Positions 26,804-39,066 of a DNA stretch of 64,000 bases are shown one piece after another. Every line of letters begins with the position of its first letter. The first letter of the stretch is position 1. This stretch comes from Octopus sinensis. Its lineage: Eukaryota. Location of the stretch: the NCBI RefSeq assembly GCF_006345805.1, contig NC_043021.1:4402001-4466000 (forward strand). Reading direction: 5' to 3'. The notes under the pieces are model-generated. The model had not been told where the DNA came from, ran no database searches, and saw nothing but the letters and a program-made list of their open reading frames with translations. A program made the translations under genes and the position numbers.

Positions 26804-26911
26804 CCACGGCCAGCAATTTTGGAGTACTCTTACCCCAATGCTCAACTGGTATTATTTTATTTATACCAGTTGAGCATTGGGGTAAGAGTACTCCAAAATT
26901 GCTGGCCATGG
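26804..26911. repeat. Near-perfect hairpin: 49-bp arms, 10-nt loop
   Basis: 26804-26852 is the reverse complement of 26863-26911 with 1 mismatch. Confidence 0.95.
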
Positions 26912-26927
26912 TATTATTTTATTTAAA

Positions 26928-27496
26928 GGCGGAGAGCTGGCAGAAACGTTAGCACGCCGGGTGAAATGCGTAGCCGTGTTTCGTCTGCCGTTACGTTCTG
27001 AGTTTAAATTCCGCCGAGGTCAACTTTGCCTTTCATCCTTTCGGGGTCGATTAAATAAGTACCAGTTACGCACTGGGGTCGATGTAATCGACTTAATCTG
27101 TCTGTCTGTCCTTGTTTGTCCCCTCTGTGTTTAGCCCCTTGTGGGCAGTAAAGAAATAGGTATTTCGTCTGTCCTTATGTTCTGAGTTCAAATTCCGCCG
27201 AGGTCGACTTTGCTTTTCATCCTTTCAGGGTCGATAAATTAAGTACCAGTTACGCACTGGGGTCGATTTGATTGACTTAATCCCTTCGTCTGTCCTTGTT
27301 TGTCCCCTCTGTGTTTAGCCCCTTGTGGGCAATAAAGAAATAGGCATTTTGTCTGTCGTTATGTTCTGAGTTCAAATTCCGCCGAGGTCGACTTCGCCTT
27401 TCATCCTTTCGGGGTCGATGTAATCGACTTAATCCCTTTGTCTGTCCTTGTTTGTCCCCTCTATGTTTAGCCCCTTGTGGGCAATAAAGAAATAAG
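26928..27496 (+). mobile_element. Family B SINE followed by two tandem partial units
   Basis: Full copy to 27160, then units restarting at (T/C)ATTT(C/T)GTCTG; the third unit has a deletion between two GGGGTCGAT repeats. Confidence 0.9.
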
Positions 27497-28160
27497 TATT
27501 GAACTCAACCTTACATTCAGGGGCCAAACACCCTGACCACTAAGCCACAAAACATAAAACCTGAAGAAACTCCAGGGTTTTGTCTAGCTTGGCAATAATT
27601 CTCCAAGCTCACCGTATTGCTTTGTGCCTAAATTAGAAACCATGACTGCATGATCAAGATCTCCCATCTCTAAACATATCGCACGAAGTTAATAACACAA
27701 GAATTAGGTCACTGTCCCAAGATTTACGATCAATTCTTACTTCCATTCTTTTCCGATCTCATAGAAAGCTTCAACACATACACTACACATAAAGACCACA
27801 TCACTGAGAATAAAAGTCTTAAAAGAAATATATAACCTTCAACTTAAGCAACATACGTCAAAGCGAGCATTAAAATTTCCAAGTCTGAACAAGTCTTAGC
27901 TTTGGCTGCCAATTTATCAAGTTTATGTCATCAACCATTTTCTTTTTCCCTAATTACAGGTAACTATGCAACTTGTTGGTTGGTTACAAGAACAATGTTC
28001 CAGTGAAGGAAAGAGATATCAGTAGTGGTACACGTAGTGGTGTTTAACCTTCCCACTTTTACCCGTTTCAGTCACTGAGCTCTGTGCCCATGCTGGAGCA
28101 CTCCCTTCAAGGGTTTTAGTCAAACAAAGGTGCAGGCATGGCTGTGTGGTGTGTGTATAT

Positions 28161-28554
28161 ATGATTTCGATGCAAATGGTTTTGTTATACGACGCCGTAT
28201 TTTACAATCCTGTAAATAATGATAATGGTATTTTTAGATAAGCTTAAAGCTTATGCCATTCACCATGCAATGACTAAGGTAAATAGTCTAATAACAAGGC
28301 AAATAAGCACTCGACAGAAAAAAGAAGGCTTTCCCATCCGTGTGTGAAGGTAACACAGTCATGTTAACAAAGGGATGTGGGTTTGCGTCCCATGCAGATG
28401 TCGAGTGTTTATATGCCTCGTTATTAGACTATTTCCCTTAGTCATTGCACGGTGAACAGCATAAGCTTTAAGCTTATATAGAAATACCATTATTATTATT
28501 TACAGGATTGTAAAATATGGCACCGTATAATAAAGCCATTCACACCAAAAGCAT
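28161..28554. mobile_element. Foldback MITE with ~150-bp imperfect TIRs
   Basis: 28172-28316 is the reverse complement of 28399-28543 with moderate divergence; ~80-bp spacer. Confidence 0.8.
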
Positions 28555-28908
28555 GTGTGTGTGTGTGTGTGTTTATTATAACCTCAGGCCGACCAAAACC
28601 TTGTGAGTGGATTTCGTACTTGGAAACTGAAAGAAGACTGTTGTATATATGTGTATGTGTGTGCCTGTGTCTTGTGTTTGGACCCTCACCATTGCTTGAC
28701 AACTGATGTTGCTGTGGTTACATTCCTGTAACTTAGCGGTTTGGTAAAAGACACTGACAGAATAAGTACTAGGCTTACAAGGAATAAATCCTGCGGTTGA
28801 TTTCTTCGACCAACGGCAGTGCTCCAGCATGGCCATAGTCACATGACTGAAACAAGTAAAGCAATAAAAATGTATGCCATTTTAATCCCAAGCAAGGGAA
28901 TCTCTGCT

Positions 28909-28956
<48 letters not shown>

Positions 28957-30191
28957 TGTGTGTGTGTGATTGCTTTATGATTGAATTTAATAGGCGGAAG
29001 TTCTGGTTGTGTGTGTACATGTGTGTTTGAAGATAGGAGTGAACATATATGTATGTATAAAATTCTTCTTTATCAAATTATATTCTTACATACCTTTCTC
29101 AACATAGGAAACTTTCTGCGAGACAGTTTAGGTAAAGATAATTTTTTTCCTGAGACCGACTCTTTCAATACGTCTATATGCTTCCATAGCAGATTGCATA
29201 CTGTTGCATAAAATATCTGTTTGCACTGAATGAATGAATAAAGATTATAGATCGTATGATAATAGTCAATACACTTGCCTTTTCAGTGTAAATTTCATGG
29301 TCTACTTCATGTGAAAAGTGTTCACAACAGAACTTTCTACTTTCGTTATATAATTGCATATTAATATACGCCCACACGCACACAAACACATATACACACG
29401 TGCCCACACGTTTACATATACAATGGACTTCAATTTCTGCTGACAAATTCACTCACAAGGTTTTGGTTGACCCAAGACTATAGTAGAAGACACTTTCCCA
29501 AAGTGTCATGCAGTAGAACTGAACCCAAGACCACGAGCTTTTGAAGCAAACTTCCTTACTGCACAGCTTTGTCCATGCCCCTAAATCACTATACAGATGG
29601 TGCCACATAAAAATCACCCAGTACATTCTGTGAAGTGGTTGGCATTTGGAAGGGCGTCCAGGCTTAGAAACCAAGCCAAATTAGACTCTGGAAACTGGTG
29701 CAGCTCCCCAGCTTACCAGTTCCAGTCAAGCCATCCAACCCATGCCAGCATGGAAAACAGACATTAAATGATGATGATGATGATGAGATAATGCTAAGCA
29801 ATTTCCCCCAGTCATTATAGGCACAGGTGTGGCTGTATGGTTAAATACCACTGTACAGCACTTTAAGCAAATACCTTCTACAGGGTGGCCTAAAACTAAC
29901 AAAGGGGTCTAAAAGTTGAATAAATTTGTTTTTAATTACATTTTTTTATTAGTAATACACAAAATGTGACTTTCACTCCTAATGTACACATATTACTTGT
30001 GTATATTGAAGGGTTTTAGTCCAACAAATCGACCCTATGGCTTATTTTTTTAAGCCTAGTACTTATTCTATCAGTTTCTTTTGCCAAACTCCTAACTTAC
30101 AGGGATGGAAACCCACCAACATTGGTTGCCAAGTGATGGTGAGAGGATAAACACGAAGACGCAAATATTTTATACATATATATATATATAT

Positions 30192-30505
30192 ATCATCATC
30201 ATCATCGTCGTTTAGCGTCCGCTTTGCATGCTAGCATGGGTTGGACGGTTCAACTGGGGTCTGGGAAGCTAGAAGGCTGCACCAGGCCCAGTCTGATCTG
30301 GCAATGTTTCTACAGCTGGATGCCCTTCCTAACGCCAACCACTTCGTGAGTGTAGTTGGTGCTTTATACGTGGGCAAACGGCCACGATCGGATGGTGCCT
30401 TTTATGTGCCACCGGCACAGGGGCCAGGCAGGGCTGGCAACGGCCATGAATGGATGGTTCTCTTACGTGCCACCGGCACTGGTATCTCAGCTGCAATTTC
30501 CATTG
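30192..30505 (-). mobile_element. Family C element
   Basis: (CAT)n plus family C body and internal modules. Confidence 0.8.
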
Positions 30506-30726
30506 ATATATATATATATATATATATGCAGCATGGGTGTGTGGTAAGAAGCTTGCTTCCCAACCACATGATTCCAGGTTCAGTCCTACTGCATGGCACC
30601 TTGAGCCAGTGCCTTCTACAATGGCCTCAGGCTGACCAAAACCTTGTGAGTAGATTTGATAGAAACTGAAAGAAGCCAATTGTGTGTGTGTGCGTGCGTG
30701 CGTGTGTCAGGTTTCTTTCAGTTTCT

Positions 30727-30924
30727 TATTTCTTTACTGCCCACATGGGGCCATACACAGAGGGGGCAAACAAGGACCGACAACCGGATTAAGTCGATTA
30801 TATCGACCCCAGTGTGTAACTGGTACTTATTTCCTTGGCAGAATTTGAACTCAGAATGTAGCAGCAGACGAAATACCGCTAAGCATTTCGCCTGGTGTGC
30901 TAACGTTTCTGCCAGCGCACCGCC
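30727..30924 (-). mobile_element. Family B SINE (internally deleted) inserted in an old A-type head
   Basis: 15-bp TSD TTTCTTTCAGTTTCT at 30712-30726 and 30925-30939. Confidence 0.85.
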
Positions 30925-32610
30925 TTTCTTTCAGTTTCTATCTACCAAATTAACTTACAATGCTTTGGTCAGCCCAAGGCTATATATGAAGACACTTGTC
31001 CAAGATGCCACACTGTATGATTGAACCTTGGATCATGTGGTTTGGAAGCAAACTTCTTATCACGCAGCCATGCCTATGACATGCACAACATTCTTCTAAG
31101 CGAAAATGACTGTTTACATTTATAAAAACTAAGTCTATCTTGCAATAATGCCAGCTTTCAATCTGACAAGTCCATACACTTCAGGCATTTGAATATACAA
31201 GCCCATTTTTAGGGATATATTTTCTGTGCATACTGGAAAATTTAACTGAGGAAATTTTTAACAGGACTTTTGAGTTATAATTACAATACTGAAGTTGTCT
31301 CCCTTGATTTTTGTAAATTTTAACAAAATTTTTCTGTCTTGGGAGGATCTGAAGCTAACCCGAAGTAGAAAAGGCATGTCATTGCAGAGGTCATAAATAC
31401 AATGAAAGTAATTTGATAAGCATAACTGATTGACTGATTAATTGAATAATTTATTCAAAGAATAGATTAGTTGACCAATTGATGAATAATAAAGAAGTGT
31501 GCACTTCTTGTTATTGGCATAATGACCCATCAAAGATACAACAAAATCTGTTTCGATATAGGAGCTCACAGCAAGAATATTATAAATCAAATAAGGTGGT
31601 GAGCTGGTAGAATCATTAGCATGCCAGACAAAATGCTTAGCGGCATTTCATCCATCTTTGTGTTCTGAGTTCAAATCCTGCCAAAGTCAACTTCGCCTTT
31701 CATCCTTTCAGGGGCAATAAAATATGTACCAGTTGAGCACCAGGATTGATGTAATCGACTTACACCCACTGCAAAATTGCTGGCCTTGTGCCAAAATTTG
31801 AAATCAGTATTCAAACCAAATACCAATAATTTGAACTTCTTATTTTACTACAACAAGCATACAGTGCCCACTTTACAATTTACTACTTTATAGAATTGTA
31901 TAGTATTGTTTCTGAATTTCATCTTCTTGAGGCTAATATAAATAGCAATAAATGTAGTCAAATGAATGCAATTTTTCTGAATGCTAAAATTTGGTTTACC
32001 CTGAACCGTGGCTCTCATTATATTGGTGGACTCCTTAATCTGTCTTAAATCGGTTTTAACAACCTCACTAACACTGGTGTCATGAAAAAATATATCCAAT
32101 ACACTTGAGTGGATCTGGTTAGATGGAAACTAAGGAATTACAATCTGTGTGTGTGTGTCCTTGTCTTGATATCACATGTTAGTTGTAAACAACTATTGTT
32201 CGTTACCAATCCTCTGTGGAAAATATGTTTGGCCATGGGGAAATATTACCTTGCTTGGAAAAAGGCAAGGTTAGCAACAGGAAGGGCAGCCAGCTGTAGA
32301 AAATCTGTTTCAATGAATTTCATCTGATCCATGTTAAGCATGGAAAAATGGAAGTTAAAACAGTGATGATGATGGTTTCTTAAATAAAAAGCACCCACTA
32401 CACTCATGGAGTGGTTGGCGTTAGGAAGGGCATCCAGCTGTAGAAACATGTAAAATATGTTACTGGTTTTTAGTAGTAAGTTGTAGCAGGGCATTAATTA
32501 CATTCATATGACTGTAGCAAGCACAGGCATGGCTGCATGGTAAGAAGTTTGCTTCCCAATCACATGGTTGTAGGTTCAGAGATACACACATTCATATATA
32601 TATATATATA

Positions 32611-32790
32611 CAAAATAAGAAAATGGAGGAATAGATTTCTTTCTATCATCAACTTCCAGATAATACCAATTCATATAATTTATTAACTAGTTCCTATTTA
32701 ATCTAAGTAATTAGTTAATAAATTATATGAATTGGTATTATCTGGAAGTTGATGATTGAAAGAAATCTATTCCTCCGTTTTCTAATTTTG
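32611..32790. mobile_element. Palindromic MITE with TA flanks
   Basis: ~80-bp arms CAAAATAAGAAAATGGAGGAATAG...ATTAACTA and TAGTTAAT...CTATTCCTCCGTTTTCTAATTTTG; ~22-bp spacer. Confidence 0.85.
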
Positions 32791-32966
32791 TATTATGAAT
32801 TTGAAGTAAGACATTTTACCTTCGCCCATATAATACAATAAATGAATTAATTGCATTGCAATTCTAAGCATTTATGTATTAGTCTTCTGGGTACTTTACT
32901 GGCAGTATATTGGATAAATGATATCCCATAGTGGGTTACACCCATAACCCCTATCTCACTTTGTAC

Positions 32967-32997
<31 letters not shown>

Positions 32998-33654
32998 TAT
33001 ATAATGGCTTTCTTTCAGTTTCCCTCTCCCAAATTCACTCAAATGGCATTCGCTTGTGTCGGTGCTATAGTAAAAGACACTTGCCCAAGTGTCCAGTGGA
33101 GCTGAACCCGAAACCACGTTGTCGACAAGCGAGCTTCTTAACCACAGCTGGCAAAAATCAATAAAAGAGAGAAAGTAAGAATTTGTGATGATAGCAAAAG
33201 AAACTGAAAGACATAGGGTTATGTAAGGGAAGTAACTCTAGCAATGCTGTTGCAATGCCTTCTTGACATAAGCGAAGAGCTACAAAGGAAAGGATTTCTA
33301 AAATATTAAGCAAACCATCAGGTTAACCAGTAGGTAGAGACCGGCACCAGAATCAGTGAACCATCAATTTTTTGTTATTAATACTAACTATTCCTTTATA
33401 AATAAATAATAAAAAGTGGTAATTGAGCCAATTTTAATTACAGGTAATTAAAGGAAATAGAGCAACTGATCTAAAAGAGAAAATTTAATGTACACACAGA
33501 CACAGACAGGAGACGTTTAAATAGCTGCAGAATTGAAAAACTTTATATTTTTTACTTGTTTCAGTGGATTGGACAGTAGTCGTGCTAGGGTACTGCTTTG
33601 AAGGATTTTAGACAAACAAATCAACCCCACTATTTATTTTTCACAATCTCTACT

Positions 33655-34048
33655 CAGTGGCTGTGTGGTAAGTAGCTTGTTTACCAACCACATGGTTGTG
33701 GGTTCAGTCCCACTGCGTGGCACCCCTTGGGCAAGTGTCTTCTGCTATAGCCTCGGGCCGACCAATGCCTTGTGAGTGGATTTGGTAGACGGAAACTGAA
33801 AGAAGCCTGTCGTATATATGTATATGTATGTGTATGTTTGTGTGTCTGTGTTTGTCCCCCTAGCATTGCTTGACAACCGATGCTGGTGTGTTTACATCCC
33901 CGTCACTTAGCGGTTTGGCAAAAGAGACCGATAGAATAAGTACTGGGCATACAAAGAATAAATCCCAGGGGTCGATTTGCTCGACTAAAGTCGGTTCTCC
34001 AGCATGGCCACAGTCAAATGACTGAAACAAGTAAAAGAGTAAAGAGTA
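33655..34048 (+). mobile_element. SINE family A
   Basis: Matches the A consensus. Confidence 0.9.
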
Positions 34049-34604
34049 TAGAGAAAAGGCCAATAGGATGTATTTAGAAATCAGATATGCCAGAGACACA
34101 ACCCTTTCTGTGCTAAAAAACAGTAACATTTTCTGTCTTAAACAAAATTATCAAAAACTGTCAATGGAACAATATGCAATGAATTTGAAAATTTACTTGG
34201 ATAATGTGATTTGCAAGACAGATGTAAACCTGATTTTGATCATGCATTAGGTGACTTGGTGTGAGGTCCTCAGCCATAATAGTTGTAAAAGTATTATTGT
34301 ATCATATAAATTATGGAACTCGGGAAATGCTTGTTTTTCTTTTGTAAAATCAAATTAAATTATTCTGTTTATTCCACATCAAATTCATGTTCAATCACCT
34401 CAAAAACATATATGGAGACATATTATATGACATTTTTGGTAAAAGCTACTGATTTTGTTAAAAAAATTGTGTATTTTGGCTGCCATCTTAGATTTCTGCC
34501 TTATTGGAAAATCAAATTGCAAAATTAATACTATTTTTGGATTCAGAATATTAATAAACACATGCTAAGCTAAAATACTATATAAAGTTAATCCAAACAA
34601 GAAA

Positions 34605-34785
34605 TAACAAAAAAACACAACAACGCGAGGACGTGGAACAAATATGGTATTATTGGACGCTCAGAAAAGAAGGAGGGTTTAATGTTTCGAGCGGAGCTCT
34701 TCGTCGGAAACATAGGAGAAGTAAAGATCCAGAGAAGGGAAGACAGAGGAAAAAAAAAATCACCAACGGTACACACACAGTCATA
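34605..34785 (-). mobile_element. Possible Penelope-like element terminus with a hammerhead-like motif
   Basis: Minus strand CCGACGA-A-GAGC-TCC-GCTC-GAAAC at 34683-34707; same architecture as 24844-24870. Confidence 0.4.
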
Positions 34786-35245
34786 TTATATTTACATACA
34801 CTATGGGGCTTTAAATAGATTAAATTAGTATTTACCCCTATGTTGGGGTGGGGTGGGGGTTCAAACTTCAAGGGATATGTACAGGGAGTTGCCCCTCACA
34901 CCTACCCTACAATGTTATTCTCTCTGTGTCCATAGTCTTGCAAGCTGCATGGTAACCTCAATGGTGCTGGTGGCCAAAAAAGAAAAAAAAAGACCATCCA
35001 GTTACACACTGTAAAGTGGTGGGCATTAGGAAGGACATCCAATCATGGAACCAATCACATCGCCGAAATCTCAAAGCTACAAGAGAATGTATGATAAATT
35101 CAAAACAATGTGAATAAAGGGTTAAATTTCATTTTAATTTATATTCCAAACACCAGCTTAGTAATGGCAATGGAATTACACTAAATTCCTTATTCTTTAT
35201 TCTTTAAAATTTACTCCAAGGGCAGAGTATTTCACAGCAGTATCA

Positions 35246-35526
35246 CCAGAGCGTCGGCTGCGGGGTCACTCCGAAAAGCTCGAACTGCAACGATTTCATC
35301 TCAATCGAAGGAGAGGGGGCTTTCTCCGTCTGGGTTGCGGATCCGTGGAATAAGCTGCCGGACGAGATAGTGAAGATGCCGACGACCGCTCGGTTCAAAG
35401 TCTCTCTTGTCCAGAAATGGCCTGAACTCTTTGCGTGAACACCCTCCCTGTACATAACTCCATGTCCCCCTAAATGGCCTTGCTTTTTGCTTTTTGAGCC
35501 AAAAAATTAACTTAACTTAACTTAAC
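35246..35526 (+). mobile_element. CR1-clade LINE 3' end (same family as 22371-22854)
   Basis: Nearly identical to 22582-22854; (TTAAC)n tail. Confidence 0.9.
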
Positions 35527-36022
35527 AAAAGGGTTAGCTGAGATTTCATATTACAGTTTTCTGAAGGACATGAAGATGTGAGGACACCTATAACTTACTC
35601 CATAATGTCACAAGGAATCTTGTCAACATTAAGCAATTACTCTAAGAACAATATATAATTGCAATTATCAGGATTCCTTAAGTAATCATTCACGGAGATA
35701 TATAGAGGAACATCAATCATTTGATAATTATGCAATGACTATTATTTTCAGAATTAATGTCATGTGTAATTAGTGTGGTGTAGTAATTTGTTATTAAGTA
35801 TTGATTAATCCACTCACCTTCCCTTCTACATATCCACCGCACAACAATGTTAACAAAGGAGATCTCAAAGTGGTCATCAAATCTGCTAGAAATAACAGCC
35901 AAATTTCCTGAAAAAGCTTCTACATAGTCACTCAACCTGCTAGAAATAACAGTAATATCCCCACTAACATTACACTCTTCTCATTTAAAAAAAATGCATT
36001 GGCTAGTGTTAGACAGCATACT

Positions 36023-36410
36023 GGGAGTGGCTGTGTGGTAAGTAGCTTGTTTACTGACCACATGGTTCCGGGTTCAGTCCCACTGCGTGGCACCTTGGGC
36101 AAGTGTCTTCTACTATATCCTCGGGCCGACCAAGGCCTTGTGAGTGGATTTGGTAGACGGAAACTGAAAGAAGCCTGTCGTATATATATATATATGTATG
36201 TATGTGTTTGTGTGTCTGTGTTTGTCCCCCTAGCATTGCTTGACAACCGATGCTGGTGTGTTTATGTGCCCATTACTTAGCGGTTCGGCAAAAGACACCG
36301 ATAGAATAAGTACTGAGCTTACAAAAGAATAAGTCCCAGGGTCGAGTTGCTCGATTAAAGGTGGTGCTCCAGCATGGCCGCAGTCAAATGACTGAAACAA
36401 GTAAAAGAGT
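36023..36410 (+). mobile_element. SINE family A
   Basis: Matches the A consensus. Confidence 0.9.
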
Positions 36411-36637
36411 ATAGCTGGAATCCCTTTGATCATAGATTGGCTTAATCAAAACTGGCCTAGGGTTAAACAGCAAAAGCTATCAAGTACTTTCAGACAGATC
36501 CCATTTAGCCTTACATTATTCATCTTCGTTATTTCACTTGGATTGAGATAAAGGATATATAATAGCAATGAAGACAATACTAATACAAATTATAGTTTCT
36601 TTACTAAAACAGGAAGCCTGAGCTATCTTCTTCAAGA

Positions 36638-37013
36638 TGGATGGAAGCACTCCGTCGGTTACGATGATGAGGGTTCCGGTTGATCCGAATCCACGGAACA
36701 GTCTGCTCGTGAAATTAACGTGTAAGTGGCTGAGCACTCCACAGACATGGGCACCCTTAACGAAGTTCTCGGGGATATTCAGCGTGACACAGAGAGTGAC
36801 AAGGCTGGCCCTTTGAAATACAGGTACAACAGAAACAGGAAGTAAGAGTGAGAGAGAAAGTTGTGGTGAAAGAGTACAGCAGGGATCACCACCATCCCCT
36901 GCCGGAGTGTTTTCGCTCAATAAACACTCACAACGCCCGGTCTGGGAATCGAAACCGCGATCCTATGACCGCGAGTCCGCTGCCCTAACCACTGGGCCAT
37001 TGTGCCTCCACAG
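36638..37013 (-). mobile_element. SINE family D with TSD
   Basis: Reverse complement of the 17304 copy; TSD CTTCTTCAAGA at 36627-36637 and 37014-37024; (TCCA)n tail. Confidence 0.9.
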
Positions 37014-37585
37014 CTTCTTCAAGAACAATAGATAGAATCAGTGATCAGAATGTCGAAAACATTAGAAGATACCCTGGAACAGGATTTTTCACATAAAGGC
37101 TATTGAATGATAATGTTTAGAAGATGTTATTCTGTTTTTCATAATAATAATAATCCTTTCTATTAAAGGCACAAGGCCTGAAATTTGGTGGGAGGGGGTT
37201 AGTTAATTACATAGGCCCCCAGTGTTTCACTGGTACCTAATTTATCGACCCCCAAAAGAATGAAAGGCAAAGTCAACCTTGACGGAATTTGAACTCAGAA
37301 CGGAGGGAAGGGCAAAATACCGCTAAGCATTTTGTCCGGCATGCTAACGATTCTGCCAGATAATAATAACTTCAGATTTCGGCACAAGACCAGCACTTTT
37401 TGAGGGGAGGGGGAAGTCAATAACATTGACCCTAGTGATCAGCTGGTACTTATTTAATCAACCCGAAAGGATGAAAGACAAAGCTGGCCTCGGTGGAATT
37501 TGAATCCAGAGTGTAAAGACAGATGAACTGCCATAAAGCATTTGGTCTGGATGCTAATGATTCTATCAGGGTGCCATCTTTAATG

Positions 37586-38032
37586 TCCCTGGGCATGGAC
37601 ACTCCGACGTCTGGCAGCTGACTTGGCAGACACCCATAAAATTATTAACCATCTAACAAACAATAACTCTGAGCACCTTTTCAAACTCCACCCGTCTAAC
37701 AGCCACGGACATATTTACAAAGTCAGAAAACAGCACAGCTCCCATGACTTTCAGAAACATTTTTTCACGCTGAGAGTTGCTGAAGCATGGAACAAACTGC
37801 CGGCATCAGTTGTTAGTTGTCGGAGCACTGCATCCTTCAAAACTTCCATGCTTCCTGAGATTCGCCAACACTACACCTGATTTTCTCCCCTCCATACACA
37901 CACAAGCATGTATCTGACTCATACATTGTTCGCTTTCCAGACATTTGTACATTACTGCATATGCTTTATACACACCTTCTGACAAGTTGTGGTGCACCTG
38001 AGCACTGTATACAATAATTTCATTATTATTTA
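37586..38032 (+). mobile_element. CR1-clade LINE 3' end (same family as 1011-1755)
   Basis: Highly similar to 1308-1755; reads ...AEAWNKLPASVVSC. Confidence 0.9.
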
Positions 38033-38625
38033 TTTTCATGATAATGGTTCCAAATTTTGGCACAAGGCCAGCAGGTTTGGTGGGGAGGGGTAAGTCAATG
38101 TCATATCTCCCCCAATATTCAACTGGTACTTATTTTACTTTATAGCATAAAAAAAAATACAAATATGTTTAAAAAGCAGTTTACGATTTTTATAAAACAA
38201 AATATGTTCCTTTTTTTTTTAAATTTGAATTAGAGACAGGCCTGGCTCTGTGGTTAAGAAATTCACTTCACAACTTTATATGGTACTTTATTTTTATTCA
38301 TCTTGGAGATATGAAAGGCAAAGTTGACCTCAGCAAGAAGGGAACTCAATGTAAGGATCTAAAACAAATACTGCATAACATTTTTCTAACATTCTAACAA
38401 TTCTGCCAATCCACAATCCACTGCTTTTATGATTATGATTTCTAACACTAATTTATGACATGACAATAACAATTTGATATACACAAAAGAAAAAACTTGA
38501 ATTTTAAAAAATCATTTTTCACCCCTGGTCACTTTATAATGAAGTTCTCATGAAATCTTTTTTAATCACATGAAAATTTATTTTTGTACTATTCAGGGAT
38601 ATAAAAAATATTAACAAAAATATCA

Positions 38626-39040
38626 GCAGGAGTAGCTGTGTGGTAAGTAGCTTGTTTACCAACCAAATGGTTCCGGGTTCAGTCCCACTGCGTGGCATCT
38701 TGGGCAAGTGTCTTCTGCTATAGCCCCGGGCCAACCAATGCATTGTGAGTGGATTTGCTAGACGGAAACTGAAAGAAGCCTGTCGTATATATGTATATAT
38801 ATATATACATATATGTATATGTGTGAATATGTTCGTGTGTCTGTTGGTTCCCCCAGCATCGCTTGACAACCGATGCTTGTGTGTTTACGTCCCCGTCACT
38901 TAGCAGTTCGGCAAAAGAGACCGATAGAATAAGTACTAGGCTTACAAAGAATAAGTCCTGGGGTCAATTTGCTCGACTAAAGGCGGTGCTCCAGCATGGC
39001 CACAGTCAAATGACTGAAACAAGTAAAAGAGTAAAAGAGA
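38626..39040 (+). mobile_element. SINE family A, ending ~25 bp from the 39066 splice donor
   Basis: Matches the A consensus. Confidence 0.9.
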
Positions 39041-39066
39041 ATAATAAAAATGAAAGAATGACTTAC

